A stretch of 64,000 bases of DNA from Planctomycetota bacterium (lineage in GTDB: Bacteria; Planctomycetota; JBFWNO01): the NCBI GenBank assembly GCA_050251015.1, contig JBFWNO010000003.1:1411-65410 (forward strand), read 5' to 3'. Below the pieces are notes generated by a model. That model saw only the letters and a list, made by a program, of their open reading frames with translations, was not told the DNA's origin and ran no database searches. Below are positions 61,737 to 64,000 of the stretch, one piece after another. Made by a program: the position numbers and the translations under genes. The number at the start of each line of letters is the position of its first letter. The first letter of the stretch is position 1.

Positions 61737-63029
61737 ATGTCATCCACCCGCCAACTTCAGATCGAGCTGTTCCAGCCCAAGGCCAACAAGAAACTCTCGA
61801 TCCTGCGCCTGAGGGGCTTCGTGAATGCCCGCTCCAACCGCGACATGGAAGGGGCCCTGGACCAGGTCCTGGAGAAGGAAAAGTCGGACGTGGTCATCGA
61901 CTTGGGGGAGCTGAGCTACCTCAACAGCACCGGTTTGGCGACCCTGATCAATTTCCACCGGGCCTTCCGTGACCGCGACCGAGAGTTGGTGCTGGTCAAG
62001 GTTCCCCGCCATGTCGGTGTGGTGATGCACCAGATGGGCCTGATGGAAGTCTTCCCCGTCCTCCGGGACGAGTCCGAGGCCCAGGATTACCTATCGCGCT
62101 CCATCACCGGCCTGCGTTCCTATTCCACCTGGGGCGACTATCTGGACAAGAGTGGCGGCAGCGAAGCCAGGAAGGACACCTTCCGCCCGAGCACGGGGGC
62201 CTCGCGCTCGGGGGCCTACAGTGTGCTGGTGGTGGAACCCCAGGTCGATGAATTCGTGCAGGTGCTCAAGATCCGCCTCCAGAACCCCCAGGCCCGCTTC
62301 ACCGTGGTTCACGGGACCGCCGAGGCCCTGGCGGCCTTCAAGGAACTCCAGCCGGAGATCGTGATCATCCGCCATTCCGGGGCTGAAAGCGACGAACTCG
62401 TCCGCAAGATGAAGATCGACTTGGCCCGCCCCCTGGTGAGCGTGGTGATGATCTATGCCAGCGGGTCCGATCTTGAACGCCCCATGGATTTCAAGATCTG
62501 GGAAAACGACTTCTTTGTCGAACCCTTCGACATCATGGAGCTGTTCACATTGTCCGAAAGCGAGATCCAGAGAGTCTGGGGCGACAGGCAGAAGGCCCGC
62601 CACCAACTCAACTTCCGATTCCTCACCGAGGACAGCCACATTGCCAAGGCCTCGGAGCTTGCCGAGCACCTCGTGCGCCAGAGCCCCTTGCGCGAGGAGG
62701 CGGCCACCAAACTCCTGAGCGCCTACAACGAGGCGGTCGACAACGCCCGTCGCCACGGGCACCTGGATGCCGCCAAGAGCATCGAAGTGGTGTTTGCCGT
62801 GGATGAGAAGTGCGTCTCCTTCCAGGTCACCGACAGCGGGGATGGTTTCGATCACAAGAGCTGGACCCGCGACGTGCAGGACACCACCGCCGTCAAGCGG
62901 GCCCAAAAAGCCCAGAGCCAGGGCCGCAAGGGTGGCCTGGGCATCCTGCTGATGTGCAAGTGTTGCACGCGCGTGAATTACCTGGGATCCGGCAACATCG
63001 TCCTACTGGAACAAGACATCGACTCATGA
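61737..63029 (+). CDS. STAS domain - REC-like domain - RsbW/SpoIIAB-type kinase (HATPase) fusion
   Basis: STAS: VVIDLGELSYLNSTGLATLINF...LVLVKVPRHV. Middle REC-like region: YSVLVVEPQ...EIVIIRHSG. C-terminal NARRHGH...IEVVFAVDEKCVSFQVTDSGDGFD...GGLGILLM. Confidence 0.7.
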   Translation: MSSTRQLQIELFQPKANKKLSILRLRGFVNARSNRDMEGALDQVLEKEKSDVVIDLGELSYLNSTGLATLINFHRAFRDRDRELVLVKVPRHVGVVMHQMGLMEVFPVLRDESEAQDYLSRSITGLRSYSTWGDYLDKSGGSEARKDTFRPSTGASRSGAYSVLVVEPQVDEFVQVLKIRLQNPQARFTVVHGTAEALAAFKELQPEIVIIRHSGAESDELVRKMKIDLARPLVSVVMIYASGSDLERPMDFKIWENDFFVEPFDIMELFTLSESEIQRVWGDRQKARHQLNFRFLTEDSHIAKASELAEHLVRQSPLREEAATKLLSAYNEAVDNARRHGHLDAAKSIEVVFAVDEKCVSFQVTDSGDGFDHKSWTRDVQDTTAVKRAQKAQSQGRKGGLGILLMCKCCTRVNYLGSGNIVLLEQDIDS

Positions 63030-63045
63030 TGCAAGGGCGGAATCC

Positions 63046-63774
63046 ATGACGCCTCTCCAAGACATGGTTCCCGGTATTTCTGAGGCCAGCGTCTATGTCT
63101 TTCGTAAGAAAGCCTGGCAGGTTGGCACCTTTGCGGGATTCACCCTGTCGGGGGACTTCCTTGTCAACTTCCAGTCCCCACCCGAGGGCCTGGTCGGGCG
63201 CACGCTCCTGGCCCAACTGGCCCCCCGCAAGGAAGACCCCCCTGTGATGTTTGTGAGCGTGCTCGAGGAAGCCCCGGCACGCTGGAAACTCCTCAAGCCC
63301 CGCACCCTGCCTGTGAACGAGCCCCGCGACCCCGATGCCCCTTCCCGGCGCCAGAATTTTCGCGTCAGCCCCCAGGATGAGGATTTCCCCTCCATCCTGT
63401 TCCGCCCCCGCAAGGCCAAAAAGAACTCCCCGGGCATCGAAGCCCAGCTGATCGATGTGTCCGCCGGAGGTGTGGGCCTGGCCCTCCATGAGGAGGCCCT
63501 GCAACAGGTCCACCTGGAGGACAGGTTTTTTGTCCCTCTCCATCTGGGTTTGGGACTGGAGGGCGGCAACGCCCTGCATGCCGAGGACCTGCCCTGCATC
63601 CTCTGCAACGCCCACCCTCAAGACAGACAGGCTCTGCTCGGCATGCGCTTTGAACTGGAGTCTTTGGACGAGAAGGCCCGCGAACGCCTGGTCGCGAGGA
63701 TTCTCCATTATGTGGCCGCCCGCCAGCGCCGGATCATCCAGCACCGCCAGAAACTCCGGGACGGCAACCGATGA
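63046..63774 (+). CDS. PilZ-domain c-di-GMP receptor protein
   Basis: RRQNFRVSP (RxxxR) and IDVSAGGVGLAL (D/NxSxxG) motifs in the second half. The N-terminal YcgR-like region is less clear. Confidence 0.7.
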   Translation: MTPLQDMVPGISEASVYVFRKKAWQVGTFAGFTLSGDFLVNFQSPPEGLVGRTLLAQLAPRKEDPPVMFVSVLEEAPARWKLLKPRTLPVNEPRDPDAPSRRQNFRVSPQDEDFPSILFRPRKAKKNSPGIEAQLIDVSAGGVGLALHEEALQQVHLEDRFFVPLHLGLGLEGGNALHAEDLPCILCNAHPQDRQALLGMRFELESLDEKARERLVARILHYVAARQRRIIQHRQKLRDGNR

Positions 63775-64000
63775 CTCAGAGCACACCGGATCTCAAGCTT
63801 GGCGACCTGCTGATCCGTCGCGGACTCGCCGACGCCGAGCAAGTGAAGGCCCTTTTGGCTCGCCAAGCCGAGCTGCGATCCAAGGGGCAGAGGGTCTCGC
63901 TTGGCAAGCTCTGCGTGGAGGCGGGGCTGGTGACCCGCGAAGTTCTCCAGGAGATCCTGAAACAGCAGTCGGCCAACCTGAGCATCCACGGCTACGAGAT
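63771..64000 (+). CDS. T2SS-E/MshE-type ATPase, N-terminal (MshEN-like) domain only; continues beyond the window
   Basis: MTQSTPDLKLGDLLIRRGLADAEQVKALLARQ...LGKLCVEAGLVTREVLQEIL is the GspE/MshE N-terminal repeat pattern. ATGA overlap with the PilZ gene stop. Confidence 0.55.
   Translation, partial: MTQSTPDLKLGDLLIRRGLADAEQVKALLARQAELRSKGQRVSLGKLCVEAGLVTREVLQEILKQQSANLSIHGYE

Noticed and set aside
59277-63786. Minus-strand ORFs 59277..60197, 62091..62906 and 62893..63786 opposite the signalling genes
   Set aside because: They are antisense to ORFs carrying GGDEF, PhyH, STAS, HATPase or PilZ motifs, and their composition is low-complexity G/A/R/P.

Overview
High-GC bacterial chromosome segment made of four blocks. 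(1) 1-9000: a minus-strand operon encoding a REC-domain protein, a TPR protein, a HEAT-like membrane protein and a giant Sec-signal RHS/YD-repeat protein. The RHS ORF is absent from the supplied ORF track because it runs off the left edge. (2) About 10.0-27.0 kb: a mosaic, visibly AT-richer accessory or defence island. It holds a small PD-(D/E)xK protein, an SRAP/YedK-type peptidase and a 2,149-aa nuclease-STAND (Avs/NLR-like) protein. It also holds a three-gene methyltransferase/helicase RM-like operon, two small overlapping genes, an orphan PD-(D/E)xK candidate and a HARE-HTH-Mrr type IV restriction enzyme. These cassettes are interleaved with three decayed copies of the 3' end of the neighbouring prophage tail-fibre gene. 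(3) 27.05-54.1 kb: a compact siphovirus-like prophage (tail fibre through tape measure, major tail, connectors, protease-capsid fusion, lambda-type portal, terminase, ParB-methylase, primase-helicase, Sak4/DUF669/exonuclease recombination module). It has opposite-strand moron insertions, a sigma-like regulator and a large serine recombinase whose 3' end overlaps a tRNA-Asp(GUC) gene. (4) 54.2-64 kb: host genes for an HtrA-type protease and a degenerate acidic paralogue, a GGDEF cyclase, a dioxygenase, a methyltransferase, a STAS-kinase partner-switching fusion, a PilZ protein and the start of a T2SS-E/MshE-like ATPase. The best candidates for an undescribed system are the giant nuclease-STAND protein, the atypical MTase-half + MTase + T5orf172-helicase operon, the orphan cassettes flanked by tail-fibre scars, and the prophage SEC-C + HEPN-like moron pair. 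All functional calls come from motif reading by eye; no database search was possible.
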